A stretch of 64,000 nt of DNA from an uncultured archaeon (GCA_963782915.1 CAWALK010000024.1:64001-128000), one strand, 5' to 3'; shown: positions 52,131 through 62,254, numbered from the stretch's first letter. Notes: a model not told the origin generated them from the letters alone. Numbers and translations: made by a program.

Positions 52131-52790
52131 ATGGGAAAACCCGAAATCTACCTTGAACCCAAAACACGAGACGCCAAAATCATCGAATTACTCGAAAAAC
52201 TCTACCCAACCGCCAAAACCGCCCTAAACTACAATAGCCCACTCGAAATCCTCGTCGCAACCATGCTCTCAGCCCAAACAACCGATGTAAGAGTCAACAT
52301 AGTCACCCAGACACTGTTCAAAAAATATCATAGCGCCAAAGACTACGCAGACGCCGACATAAAAGAACTCGAAGTGGATATCCATTCAACAGGGTTTTAC
52401 CACAATAAAGCCAAGAACCTCAAAGCATGCTGCCAACTGCTCGTCGAAAAATTCCACGGAGAAGTACCCAAAACCATGGAGGAGTTGATTGAACTGCCGG
52501 GAGTGGCAAGAAAAACCGCCAACATCGTACTCTACAACGCCTATGGATTAACCGCAGGCATCGCAGTGGACACCCACGTTATGAGACTTTCACAGCGGCT
52601 TGGCTTAACAGAGTCTAAGGACCAGAATAAGATAGAACAGGACCTCATGGCTATAACGCCAAAGGAGAAATGGATGCCACTCACCGATTTGCTGATTTTC
52701 CACGGCAGACAGGTCTGCACGGCAAAGAAGCCCAGATGCGACATCTGTGTACTCAACAAAATCTGCCCCTCAGCCTTCTGCTTCGACTGA
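52131..52790 (+). CDS. nth: Endonuclease III
   Basis: LSAQTTD..VN, GFY.NKAK, LPGVARKTAN, AVDTHV, CTAKKPRCDICVL..IC. Confidence 0.96.
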   Translation: MGKPEIYLEPKTRDAKIIELLEKLYPTAKTALNYNSPLEILVATMLSAQTTDVRVNIVTQTLFKKYHSAKDYADADIKELEVDIHSTGFYHNKAKNLKACCQLLVEKFHGEVPKTMEELIELPGVARKTANIVLYNAYGLTAGIAVDTHVMRLSQRLGLTESKDQNKIEQDLMAITPKEKWMPLTDLLIFHGRQVCTAKKPRCDICVLNKICPSAFCFD

Positions 52791-52844
52791 GCATTAGCCA
52801 TTTATACAGCGCTCAACTTTCTTTTTTGTTGAGGACTAATTTTT

Positions 52845-53321
52845 ATGGTAAACATTAAAGTTGGAGATAAAGCGCCAGACTTCACTTTGCCCGATGTGGA
52901 TATGAAGCCTCGGAGTTTGCACGAGTTTTTGGGGCAAAAAGTTGTTTTAGCATTCTTTGTGGGAGCATTCACTTCAACCTGCACAATGGAGGTGTGTGCT
53001 TTTCGAGATTCTATGGATCGATTAACAGACTTGCACGCCCAAGTGATCGGCATCAGCGTCAATGACCCATTCTCAAACAAGGGTTTTGCAGAAAAAAATA
53101 TTTTACCGTACCCAATCCTAAGCGACTACAAACGAGAAGTAATCAAGCGGTATGGGTTGGAGATGGATGATTTTGCGGGTTAGAGGGTTACACAGTGGCG
53201 AAACGTTCAATTTTCATCCTGGACCAAGAAGGCGTTATACGTTACATGTGGGTGTCTGATAATCCAGCGGTTGAGCCTAACTATGAGTGAGATACAGGAA
53301 GCCTTAGCCCAAATCACTTAG
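52845..53321 (+). CDS. Peroxiredoxin, BCP/AhpE-like (frameshifts near 53180 and 53285)
   Basis: [29 protein letters not shown], then [21 protein letters not shown]. Confidence 0.88.
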
Positions 53322-54458
53322 GCAACTGCTTTTTCTTCGGCTGCACCATTTGGGGTGTTATTGGCGGTTCCTTTGTACTTTTAAAACTACAACTAAGACA
53401 ACAACTGCTATTGCAACAATCCGCCTATCGAAAGCTACGACGAAAATTAGCAGCATAATGCACGCTGAAAAAGATGGGAATAGTGGGAGGTGTCAGTTAC
53501 GATGAGTTGGAGCAATAGGAATAGGGACTTAGAAAAAGGTTTAAATAACGAATACTATCGCCGTCTTTGGCCCAGAGTTTAAGCTTCAAGACCCTGCATA
53601 ATTGGGCATCTGGCATATTGCTGATGTTTAACCAAACATGCCAGTAAGGATACAACGATGTTGTTTTCTTTAACTGGCACTTTCTGAATATGCGGCATAG
53701 ACACCTGAAACATTTAAGTTTGAAGATTGAGGTTCGGGTTCCATTCGGAAAGGTTGTGTTATATCGGTAAGTTTTTCACGTAATCTTGAGCTATGGGGAT
53801 GGCTTGTTCTTTTGAAAGGTTGATGGTGGTGTCGCCGGTTTTTTGGTAAACTCGGCTGTCACGGAACAACAAATTCACTAGTACCTGAGCTGTTGCCGAA
53901 AGAAATACGGATTCCAGCATAGTCTACGCCGTTAAAGTAGTCGTAGAAGCTGTATTCTGTGAAAGTATCCTTAACTAGAATATGCAATGCAAGGTCGCCG
54001 GAGACTTGGGTTCCATTCTTTTCGGAGCCGACCTTCTGGAGTAGAGTCACCATTTTCGAGACCTGATGGGTCGTTTGTCCAAGTTTGGTACCGTTGGAGA
54101 ATGCCTAATGTGGCGTTATAGCGGTCTGATGGCTGGGTTAGAGTATAGGAAATTACCGGCACCATACAGGTTGCAGTTTCCCAACGTTCCGTTGTAGAAG
54201 CTAAAGTACACAATCACCGGGTTACCAGAACGGAAAATAGCTGGAGTTTACAGCATTAAGGTCTAAGATTGCGATTTCCATAGCGGTCTGACTCTTGGTT
54301 CGGTGAAACTTTGTAGGTTGCCATGTCAAGTTGTAGAACATCACGTGAGAAACGACACTGCCTTATCCTCTACTTGAGGTTGTTTGGGCTTGAGGTCTTT
54401 TGGCAATACAAGCGGAATAGCTATTAAAACGAACAAGCGCAAAAACAAGGATTTTCAT
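53318..54458 (-). pseudogene. Heavily frameshifted secreted membrane-anchored protein
   Basis: MKILVFALV signal, EDKAVSFL.DVLQLD, C-terminal hydrophobic segment plus basic tail; very high indel density (error or decay). Confidence 0.45.
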
Positions 54459-55016
54459 CCAAGAGAGCGATTTAACTCTAACAGGATAGGATGTCACAAG
54501 CGGCACACGGTTTTCTTGTATGTTCACTTGAGCATTTTAAGGTTTTAAGAAATAATAGGATTGGTAAGTTACTTAGCACTGTTAATCTTTATCAGTAGAT
54601 CAAAAATTTTGTCTACCATGATGGGGATTGTGTGTTCAGGTTTTTGGTTTGTTGGAAGCCTATCGTGCACGCCTTATTGCTGCGAACATTCCTTGCTCAA
54701 CGTATCTTCACATCCACACCGCGGCGCTTCGACATAGAATATGTATATTATGTGAAGAAAAACCAATATCCCACACCCAAACAGACGCTAAATCACGTTG
54801 CAATAACAAAACAGAACCCGCTACTCAAACAGACGTATGGAAATTCAAAACCGCCACACCCACGTAAAGACAAAAAACAAAACCCCACGAACTCTAAAAT
54901 TTCTAATCACTGATAAATAGGGAAGTGAGGGCAGTACCAAAGCAACAGCTTGCGCACCAAAAAGTTATTAGTTTCCCGACAGGATAAATTGAGTAGTCAT
55001 TTAACGGTGTTTTTTA

Positions 55017-55881
55017 GTGTCTTTTGAAATCCAAGAGTTACCCGACGTTATCCGAGTTATTGTGCTGTTGAACCTTAGCAAAGGCGTTAAAATCAAAAAA
55101 GTCAACGCTGAAAAACAGAATCGACCGCGTCTGCGTCAGCTATGCCTGCGTCGACTTAGCGGAACTTGACAAGGCATTAAGGGAAATGTCGGCTGAGAAA
55201 CTCATCGAGGAAAAAGGCGAATATGTCCAGTTAACACCCCAGGGGCAGAAGCTGGGCAAAGAATGGGAAAGCCTGCTGCTCAAAAAAGAGCCAATTATGG
55301 AAGTCGTTGCGGGCTTGGTTGATGGCTCCATAACAAGCTTAGTAGTCACCCTCTCAGCATTCATAGCCACATTAACCCAAACCTCAACTTTCCTATCTAA
55401 TCAGGCGACAATAATCTTCGCAGCCTTCCTCACACTAAGCGCAGTCGCCATCACAAACTTCTCCAGCTTCCTTCTGGGCGGAATCACGGAAGATTTAGCG
55501 GACATCATGACTCTGCAGAACCTGATGAATTACAGCTTAAGCGACATCCCCGACAAAAAAGAACGCGACAAATCGCTACTGCTAGTTCAGAAGCTATTTA
55601 CAGTGTTGGGCAAGGAGATTCACCGTTCAAACCTCTACGCAGCCATCATCTGCGGCGTCACAACCTTCATAGCAGGCATAATCCCAATAGCAGCATACCT
55701 TCTTTTGCCACCGTACATCAACATTGTAGTATCGTTGGTACTGGTCAGCGCGATAGTGGGCATCTTCCTTGTCCGTTACCGCTCCAAAAAAACTCGAGTT
55801 AACTGGAAAGTAACGCTTGCAGAAACCTTAGCCATCGTCATAATCGCCACTGTGGCTTCGCTGATACTTGGCGCAGCATAA
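55017..55881 (+). CDS. Winged-helix plus VIT1/CCC1-like membrane protein (frameshift near 55105)
   Basis: N-terminal ..LDKALREM..EKLIEEKGEYVQLTPQG wing; GLVDGSITSL, GIIPIAAY and 5-TM VIT1 pattern. Confidence 0.65.
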
Positions 55882-55884
55882 TCC

Positions 55885-56310
55885 TTAACGTCGGTGGAGA
55901 TGCTCTTTCATAAGGCACTTATCCATAACGACGGTTAAGCCAGCTTGCCTTGCCGCTTCAGCCGCCGCCTCATTTATGATCCCCAGTTGCATCCAAACCA
56001 CCAAGGGACGCCCAACAGCCCGCTTCAATTGGATAGCTTGCTCGACAATTGGGGGAACATCCTCGCTTTTACGGAAAATATCAACCACATCTATGGTCTT
56101 CTGTATCTCAAGTGGGATGTCGAGTAGGCTTTTGTAGCTTTTTTCGCCGAAAACTTCCTTAATGGTGGGGTTCACGGGGATTATGCAGTAGCCATGCTGT
56201 TTTAGGTAAGCAGCAACCCGATGGCTGGGTTTGCCTAACTGGTCGGATAAGCCGACGATTGCGACTACTTTGCATTTGTTTAGGATTTCAGTTACTTCTT
56301 TTTCACTCAA
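55885..56310 (-). CDS. CoA-binding protein (YccU-like)
   Basis: VAIVGLS....PS.RVA.YL..GY.IIPVNP, DVVDIFR, WMQLGI, VMDKC. Confidence 0.92.
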   Translation of the reverse strand: MSEKEVTEILNKCKVVAIVGLSDQLGKPSHRVAAYLKQHGYCIIPVNPTIKEVFGEKSYKSLLDIPLEIQKTIDVVDIFRKSEDVPPIVEQAIQLKRAVGRPLVVWMQLGIINEAAAEAARQAGLTVVMDKCLMKEHLHRR

Positions 56311-56327
56311 ACTTTTTCGCCTCGTCT

Positions 56328-57260
56328 CTATGGGGCTTCGCTGAGCTTCAAATCAAAGAAATGTTCCCTGCCATTACGCACAGCAAAGACTCTTACCATT
56401 TCGCCGACTCTGTGCTTATGAACTTCTGCCACTAAATCTTCGATGGTTCGAATTTGCAGGTTGCCGACTTGCAGGATTATGTCGCCGTCTGCCATGCCTG
56501 CGGCTTCTGCGGGGCTGCCAAAAGCAACCTTCGTCACCAAAACGCCATGTTCGACTGGTAAGCTATAGTAGCGGGCGATTTGAAGCGTTAATGTTAAACC
56601 GACTATGCCCAGCCACGGCTTCTGCAGGGTGCCCGTGGTTGTGATTTCCTTGGTTATATTTTTGGCTGAGTTGATTGGGATGGCGAATCCGATGCCCTGA
56701 GCATATGGGATAATGGCAGTGTTGATGGCGACGACGTTGCCGTTCATGTCTACGAGGGGTCCGCCACTGTTACCTGGGTTGATGGCTGCGTCTGTTTGTA
56801 CAAGGTTTTCGATTAAGCCGCGGTCGGATTCGATGGTACGGTTTATGGCGCTGACTACGCCGCTGGTTACGCTGGGACCACCCGCTAAACCGAATGGGTT
56901 GCCGATGGCGTAGACTCTTTGACCCACGCGGAGTTTATCGGAGTCTCCCATTTGGGCGGATTGGAGGTCTTTGGCTTGGACTTTTATAACTGCAATGTCT
57001 TGGGTGGCGCTTGAACCCGCGATGGTGCCTTCCACGACTTGGTTGTTGTAGAGCGTTACGTTGATTTTTTCCGCTCCAGCAACCACATGGTTGTTGGTTA
57101 GGATTAAGCCGTCGTTGTTGATGATTGTGCCTGAGCCCATGCCGCCGACTGGTACGGCTTGGTAGAAGATGTTGTGGATGAGTTTGACGGTGGATATGTT
57201 GACTACGCTTTTGCTGGCTTTCTCGATTATGTCTAGGACTGTGTTCTCATCGTATGACAA
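56328..57260 (-). CDS. HtrA/DegP-family protease with one PDZ domain, no signal peptide
   Basis: GSG, TNNHVV, DIAVIK, IGNPFGL, QTDAAINPGNSGGPL, PDZ SPA..AG...GD.I. Confidence 0.92.
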   Translation of the reverse strand: MSYDENTVLDIIEKASKSVVNISTVKLIHNIFYQAVPVGGMGSGTIINNDGLILTNNHVVAGAEKINVTLYNNQVVEGTIAGSSATQDIAVIKVQAKDLQSAQMGDSDKLRVGQRVYAIGNPFGLAGGPSVTSGVVSAINRTIESDRGLIENLVQTDAAINPGNSGGPLVDMNGNVVAINTAIIPYAQGIGFAIPINSAKNITKEITTTGTLQKPWLGIVGLTLTLQIARYYSLPVEHGVLVTKVAFGSPAEAAGMADGDIILQVGNLQIRTIEDLVAEVHKHRVGEMVRVFAVRNGREHFFDLKLSEAP

Positions 57261-57325
57261 GGCAGGGTTTCCTCAAAAAAGGAGGAACAGCGGTTTTAAT
57301 AAATCTTGCAAAGCATTGGGGCTTG

Positions 57326-57439
57326 TTTTTCTAGTAGTAGATAATGGCAAGAGCTCCCTTACTCATCTTCTTCCAGCGGGCTTTGCTGAGGCGTCTGTTT
57401 TGTGGTCTGCGTTTGGTTCGGGTTGCAGGCGGGTTATGG
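57326..57439 (-). repeat. Dispersed repeat family A, copy 2
   Basis: Reverse complement aligns with 7535-7650. Confidence 0.75.
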
Positions 57440-57485
57440 CGTATTCCTCAAGTAGATCTATGAAATGGCTGATTCTTTGAGAACC

Positions 57486-57677
57486 TCAGCCTAGCAAACG
57501 ACGCTCCGCCCTACGCAGATGAACCGCCAAAGTTGAACTCGCCAAACCCAGCTTTCCCGCAAGCACATCAACACTCACCTTACGAGGCGTATCAAAATAA
57601 CCAAGCCTAAAAGCCAACACAATAGCATCCTGATGCTTCACCGTCAACCAACTAATAGGCGAAGTAGGCCCAAACAA
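57486..57677 (-). pseudogene. Isolated bacterio-opsin-activator-type HTH (HTH_10) fragment
   Basis: LT.K..DAI.LA..LGYFD.PRK....LA.KLGL..ST...HLRRAERRL; no N-terminal domain. Confidence 0.65.
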
Positions 57678-57693
57678 AGCCTAAAGGTGGAAA

Positions 57694-58086
57694 TTAGAGA
57701 TCGCTTTTTTCGCGGCAGAAGAAGCATTTCTCCGCCCATTCACGGGGCATCTCCGTTTGGCATTTGGGGCACATTAAGCCTTTTTCGCGGATGGTTGTGC
57801 AGGTTTTGCAGAATAACTCGAGTACCTTTGCCTTGTTTTGGGGTTCCTTGATGAGGGAAACCACCATTTCATCGATGAGAGCTAGCACGTCGGCGGTGTT
57901 TTCGATGGCGACGAGGTTGTGGCCTCTTTCTCTGCCGACATAGCGGCTAACTGCGGATTGTGATAGGCCGAGGAGGTCGGCGGTTTGTTTTTCGTTGTAG
58001 CCATGTTTTTCGACTATGGAGCGTGCCATTATGGCTTTGACTGCTGGCAGCACTGTTTTAACTCCGACTTCGCATGGTAGTATCAA
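57694..58086 (-). CDS. HTH transcriptional regulator (COG2522-like) with Cys-rich C-terminus
   Basis: PCE...K.VLPAV, A.LLGLSQSAVSRY...RG, three CxxC. Confidence 0.8.
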   Translation of the reverse strand: MILPCEVGVKTVLPAVKAIMARSIVEKHGYNEKQTADLLGLSQSAVSRYVGRERGHNLVAIENTADVLALIDEMVVSLIKEPQNKAKVLELFCKTCTTIREKGLMCPKCQTEMPREWAEKCFFCREKSDL

Positions 58087-58130
58087 ATTTACACCCGAAT
58101 ACTGTATTTTGGTGGGATAAGTTATTTAAG

Positions 58131-58165
58131 TATGACGGCTGTCATAAACTATGACGCGTGTCAAG
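58131..58165. promoter_or_regulatory. Tandem palindromic operator TATGAC-N4-GTCATA
   Basis: TATGACGGCTGTCATA (58131-58146) and TATGACGCGTGTCAAG (58150-58165), abutting a minus-strand TTAAATAA box. Confidence 0.7.
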
Positions 58166-58261
58166 ACGGGCTATCACATCCGCAATTTACAAAGCAGTTT
58201 ACAATCAACCTCTAATCTCCTTAACCGTCTTGGCACACGCCCTAATAGGAGAATAAAACAA

Positions 58262-59215
58262 ATGGGCAACGTCCTCCAACCAACCCGCAACAACGGCGAA
58301 AAAAAAGACCTCGCAACAATGCTTAAAACACTCAATGCAGAATGCAAAAACTGTGCACCGTCCTCACCGCTGGAATGCATAAACCGCTGCCAAGTCTACA
58401 AACTTAAAAATGAACTCAGAACACTCCGAGAAACAATGGACAATCCAAATTACATAAAGGAACTCTATAACGTTTTAAAGAATGAAACAAGGCTCCACAT
58501 CCTAAAAGCAATCGCTGAAGGAAGATACTCCGTCAGCCAACTCCAACAGGAACTAAAAAAAACCGGGCACACCCACAGCCAAGACACCATAAACGAAGAA
58601 TACCTCCAACCCTTAATGGCAGTGGGATTAGCTAGAGAATCACAAGACGAATACTACGCCACCACCTTCGGTGGCCGCCTCACAGAAATCCTAGGCGTTT
58701 TTCCAGAGTTCGCAGAAATGCTGCCAGCTCATTCCGAATGCTACGAAGAGACCCTACTACGGTCGCTTTTAGCTGGCCCAAAAACATTCGAAGACATAGA
58801 AACAGTCATCTCACCAAAAATTACTTCCAGAATCCTCAAACGCCTCAAAGAAGTAGGCTTAATAGAAACCCCCGAAGAACGCGACTACATATTCTTCTTC
58901 AAATCCAAACGTGACCCCAGCAAAGAAACTTTCACGGATACAGAACGCAAAGTCTACGACGCCTTACCAAACGAAGGCATCTCTGCAGGTAAATTATCCA
59001 AAGAAACTGGCTTATCGATGAGACGAACTTACAAGTACCTCAGAGGCTTAAAAGGCAAAAAACTCGTGTTCATAAGAAAAAACCCCAAAGCATACGGCTT
59101 AACCTGCAAAGGCGAAATGCTTGCTTCAGTGCTTGAGGGGCTTGAGCAAATAGTAGAGGAAACGTGGAGTTCATCCCAACAGGTCTACCACGCCAACACT
59201 AGCGACAACGCATAA
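58262..59215 (+). CDS. Multi-winged-helix regulator with N-terminal Cys cluster
   Basis: CKNC-x7-CINRC; three wHTH-like units (TRLHILK, RILKRLKEVGLIE, LSKETGLSMRRTYKYL..L). Confidence 0.75.
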   Translation: MGNVLQPTRNNGEKKDLATMLKTLNAECKNCAPSSPLECINRCQVYKLKNELRTLRETMDNPNYIKELYNVLKNETRLHILKAIAEGRYSVSQLQQELKKTGHTHSQDTINEEYLQPLMAVGLARESQDEYYATTFGGRLTEILGVFPEFAEMLPAHSECYEETLLRSLLAGPKTFEDIETVISPKITSRILKRLKEVGLIETPEERDYIFFFKSKRDPSKETFTDTERKVYDALPNEGISAGKLSKETGLSMRRTYKYLRGLKGKKLVFIRKNPKAYGLTCKGEMLASVLEGLEQIVEETWSSSQQVYHANTSDNA

Positions 59216-59233
59216 TCCATTTTCTTTCTTTTT

Positions 59234-59722
59234 TTATCCGCCGCCAGGTGCACCATGAAATGGCACGTTTTCCCAGAGCATCTTCCACCAGTCATCCTCA
59301 GTAATGGTTTCGCCTTTAACGACTATTTCAAGTGTCATTTTGAGCATTGCATGGTGTCGAATTTCATCTTCTAGGATTGCTTTTAGGAGAAAAACAACTT
59401 TTTCGTTTGTAATTTCTGGGATTTTCTCTTTTAGAATTTTTATGAGTTTAGCTTCTATGGCGATGTGTTTCTCGATTAAAGCTTTTTGTTTGTCAAGGTC
59501 TTCTTGAGCCAATGCCGTAGATGCGCTGGTCAAAAGCGTAATTGCTGAAGTGTAGAGTTCCGCATGCTTTACTGAATCCAGCGAAACTCCTTTTAGCACA
59601 CCTTTTACCGCTGGGTTTTTCATGTCCACCAATGCTTTCTCGAGTGAATCCACGATTTCTTTTTCAACAACAACCTGGTTTTTCAGAAAATCCAAGAGAG
59701 TATTATCGGTCTTTTTTTCCAC
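59234..59722 (-). CDS. Ferritin-like (rubrerythrin-type four-helix) protein
   Basis: Two helical repeats with E...DSVKH and E...DEIRH. Confidence 0.8.
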   Translation of the reverse strand: MEKKTDNTLLDFLKNQVVVEKEIVDSLEKALVDMKNPAVKGVLKGVSLDSVKHAELYTSAITLLTSASTALAQEDLDKQKALIEKHIAIEAKLIKILKEKIPEITNEKVVFLLKAILEDEIRHHAMLKMTLEIVVKGETITEDDWWKMLWENVPFHGAPGGG

Positions 59723-59745
59723 AGAATATTCCCCCTCGGCTTATG

Positions 59746-60189
59746 TCAAGGCTGATTCTTCAACGTTTCGGCTATCTTTTTTCCAAGGTTTCTGCAGGCA
59801 TCAATTGCTGCTTGGTCGGGTATGTATTTTGCGAGCAGTGGTGGTTCGGGGGTTTGCATTCCAAATTGTGTTTGAAGTATGTCTAGAACTTGTTTAGGTG
59901 CTTCTCCACTCCAGCCGTAAGAACCAAAAGCAGCTGCGATTTTGCCTTTTAGGCTAATGCCTTTTGCGGCGGCTTCTTCAAAGAGATTCTTGAAGTCTAT
60001 AGGTATCTCTTTGCGGTAAGTTGGTGCACCGAAGAGTACAGCATCATAGCCACTTAACTCTGAAGCATCTATATGGTAGCTTAATTCAACTATTGTATCG
60101 CTGATGCTTTGGGCGCCTTCTGCTACTGCTTTAGCCATTTTTTCAGTGTTTCCACTGCGACTATAATACAGTACAAGTAATTTCTTCAT
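59746..60189 (-). CDS. Flavodoxin
   Basis: YYSRSGNTEKMA, GAPTY, AFGSYGWSGEA. Confidence 0.9.
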   Translation of the reverse strand: MKKLLVLYYSRSGNTEKMAKAVAEGAQSISDTIVELSYHIDASELSGYDAVLFGAPTYRKEIPIDFKNLFEEAAAKGISLKGKIAAAFGSYGWSGEAPKQVLDILQTQFGMQTPEPPLLAKYIPDQAAIDACRNLGKKIAETLKNQP

Positions 60190-60267
60190 AACCTAAAATT
60201 GGTACCTGAAAATATTTCAAGCTTATGCTTGAATGCTTAAAAAATAGGTAAACAAAAAAAGAGCAGC

Positions 60268-60537
60268 CTAAGCATTTACATTCGCTCTTTTATTGCGAGA
60301 ACTAGTCTGAGACCTTGCTGCAACCTTACCCGCGGTTTTATTTCCTCTGCTTTCGCCGCCCTTGCGTCCAATCTCTCTGTAGAATTCTGATCCACGCTGC
60401 TCCGCAACCCGCTCACCACCCTTCTTTCCTATCGCCCTGTAAAATTCAGGTCCCCGTTCCCGAGCAACCTTTTCGCCGCCGATTCTGCCAGCCTCTTGCC
60501 GCGTCAATTTCCGTTTCTGTTCACTTTTAACTGCCAA
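60268..60537 (-). CDS. KGG-repeat (GsiB/YciG/Em-like) hydrophilin, basic variant
   Basis: LTRQEAGRIGG, EFY..IG.KGG twice; SD GGAGGTGA before TTG. Confidence 0.88.
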   Translation of the reverse strand: MAVKSEQKRKLTRQEAGRIGGEKVARERGPEFYRAIGKKGGERVAEQRGSEFYREIGRKGGESRGNKTAGKVAARSQTSSRNKRANVNA

Positions 60538-60596
60538 ACAATTTCACCTCCAAAACAAAAAGAACTCTCTTGCTATTTTCTAGTTCAGGGATAGCC

Positions 60597-60609
60597 CTTA
60601 AGGATATGT
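60597..60609 (-). promoter_or_regulatory. ACATAT-TATA promoter motif
   Basis: Minus strand ACATATCCTTAAG, 67 nt upstream of the start at 60537. Confidence 0.55.
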
Positions 60610-60699
60610 GGGCTTCAATCAACAATCACAAACACAATAGCGCAAGCAGGGTTTTCCGCTGGCTACTACTTCAAGGGGTACTAAGGGAAAAGAAAAGGG

Positions 60700-60993
60700 T
60701 TACTCGATTTTGCCTATTTCCTTGGTTATATCTATAGGTGAATTGTAGGTTTTCTCAGGAAGTTTGTTAATAAGGTTCATGACATCGTCGGGTGCAGATT
60801 TGTTTTGTGCGTTATCTACAAGTTTCTGTTTTTCTGCGGGGTAATGCATGCCAGCTAAGTATTTTTCGACGATTGCGGGGCTGACGTGTCCAGATTTTCC
60901 GCTTCGGTTAGTGTATTGTCGTCTTTCGCCTCTGCCTTGACCTATACCTCTTCGCCTGGTGGTTGTTTCTTGTTCACTTGTTGCTTCACTCGT
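60700..60993 (-). CDS. DUF2795-family protein (apparent ACG start)
   Basis: SPAIVEKYLAGMHYPAEKQKLVDNAQ..APDDV..LINKLPEKTYNSP.DI; SD GGAGGTG 7 nt upstream of an in-frame ACG. Confidence 0.8.
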   Translation of the reverse strand, partial: TSEATSEQETTTRRRGIGQGRGERRQYTNRSGKSGHVSPAIVEKYLAGMHYPAEKQKLVDNAQNKSAPDDVMNLINKLPEKTYNSPIDITKEIGKIE

Positions 60994-61070
60994 TGTGTTC
61001 CACCTCCAAAAAAATTGTTTAAATAAAATTGGAAAGAAAAGAAAAAGAGTTCACGAAGACCTTAATGGTC

Positions 61071-61241
61071 TCATTCTTCCTCGTGCTCTTTTCCTTCTTC
61101 AATAAGTTTTTTGACCTTTTGACCGCCTTTGTGGCCGATTTCACTGTAGAATTCTTCACCATGGGTTTCAGAAGTTTTTTCCCCGCCCATACGGCCTGCT
61201 TCTTCAACGGTCATTTTTCCTTTCTTTTTATCTTCAGACAT
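61071..61241 (-). CDS. KGG-repeat hydrophilin (56 aa, absent from the ORF track)
   Basis: MSEDKKKGKMTVEEAGRMGGEKTSETHGEEFYSEIGHKGGQKVKKLIEEGKEHEEE. Confidence 0.9.
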   Translation of the reverse strand: MSEDKKKGKMTVEEAGRMGGEKTSETHGEEFYSEIGHKGGQKVKKLIEEGKEHEEE

Positions 61242-61296
61242 GCAAGTTCACCTCCATTAAAAACTCGACTGGAAACAATTTGTTATAAGAAACTGG

Positions 61297-61479
61297 TTAC
61301 TCCTCTTCGTGCTCTTTGCCTTCTTGGATAAGCCTGCGGACCTTTTGCCCACCTTTATGTCCGATTTCCTCGTAGAATTCTCGTCCATGGGTTTCCGCGG
61401 TTCTTCGCCCACCTTTTTGACCGCCCATACGTCCAGCTTCTTCAACGCTCATTGTTCCCTTTTTTCGTTCATCAGCCAA
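61297..61479 (-). CDS. KGG-repeat hydrophilin
   Basis: MSVEEAGRMGG.KGG..T.ETHGREFYEEIGHKGGQKV. Confidence 0.9.
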   Translation of the reverse strand: MADERKKGTMSVEEAGRMGGQKGGRRTAETHGREFYEEIGHKGGQKVRRLIQEGKEHEEE

Positions 61480-61555
61480 CAAATTCACCTCCTATTGAAA
61501 ACTTGGTTATTCAAAGATGGTATTTTCCTAGAAATAGAATGCTAAAGGGGGTTGC

Positions 61556-61807
61556 TTATTCGTCCTCGTGCTCTTTGCCTTCTTCAATGAGTTTCCTTAC
61601 TCGTTGGCCTCCACGATGTCCTGCTTCTTCTAGGCTGGTTTTGCCTTCTGCCTCTGTACTGCCTTCATGTTGCTTTGCACGTTGTGATCCGCCTTTGCTG
61701 CCGATTTCACTGTAGAATTCTGGGCCGTGAGTTTCAGAGGTTTTCTCTCCACCCATTCGACCAGCTTCCTCAACGGTCATTTTACCTTTCTTTTTGTCTT
61801 CGCTCAA
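61556..61807 (-). CDS. KGG-repeat hydrophilin
   Basis: MTVEEAGRMGG..THGPEFYSEIGSKGG...SLEEAGHRGGQRV. Confidence 0.9.
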   Translation of the reverse strand: MSEDKKKGKMTVEEAGRMGGEKTSETHGPEFYSEIGSKGGSQRAKQHEGSTEAEGKTSLEEAGHRGGQRVRKLIEEGKEHEDE

Positions 61808-61873
61808 TCATTTCACCTCCAAAAAAAGTTATACGGTCGCTTTTTCTGCAATGTCCTAGCCCAAAACAAAACT

Positions 61874-61886
61874 GATAAAGATATGT
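61874..61886 (-). promoter_or_regulatory. ACATAT-TATA promoter motif
   Basis: Minus strand ACATATCTTTATC, 74 nt upstream of the start at 61807. Confidence 0.55.
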
Positions 61887-61981
61887 GGCTGTTCTTGCAC
61901 AGCAACAGTCTGAAAGCTATGTTTGGGGCTTAGGATGTTACCTATCATTTTGATATAAAAAATTAAAAAACAGGGTTAAAA

Positions 61982-62185
61982 TTAGGTATTGAGGCTATTC
62001 TTCTTCTGGGCTTTGCCTTCCTCGATAAGCTTGCGAACTCTTTGGCCGCCTTTTGGTCCGCCTATCCTGCCGCCTTTGCGTCCGATTTCACTGTAGAATT
62101 CTTCACCATGGGTTTCAGAAGTTTTTAGTCCGCCTCTTCGTCCTGCCTCTTCTACTGTCATTTTACCTTTCTTTTCTTCCAACAA
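61982..62185 (-). CDS. KGG-repeat hydrophilin
   Basis: MTVEEAGRRGG..THGEEFYSEIGRKGG; possible indel in the last codons. Confidence 0.9.
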   Translation of the reverse strand: MLEEKKGKMTVEEAGRRGGLKTSETHGEEFYSEIGRKGGRIGGPKGGQRVRKLIEEGKAQKKNSLNT

Positions 62186-62254
62186 TTTTCACCTCCGCTA
62201 AAAATTAATCCAAGAGATGGAAAAACAAGCGTTATTGGCAAATGAACCTAGAGC

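Noticed and set aside
54620-54913. Overlapping short Cys/His-containing ORFs
   Set aside because: Lies in a very indel-rich stretch; no consistent frame or family could be supported.
1539-55881. Mass pseudogenisation or programmed frameshifting (tfe, ino1, hisH, copA, acdA, MFS, Prx and others split)
   Set aside because: Indels hit essential and accessory genes alike, often at homopolymers, while catalytic motifs stay intact. Uncorrected long-read error is the simpler explanation.
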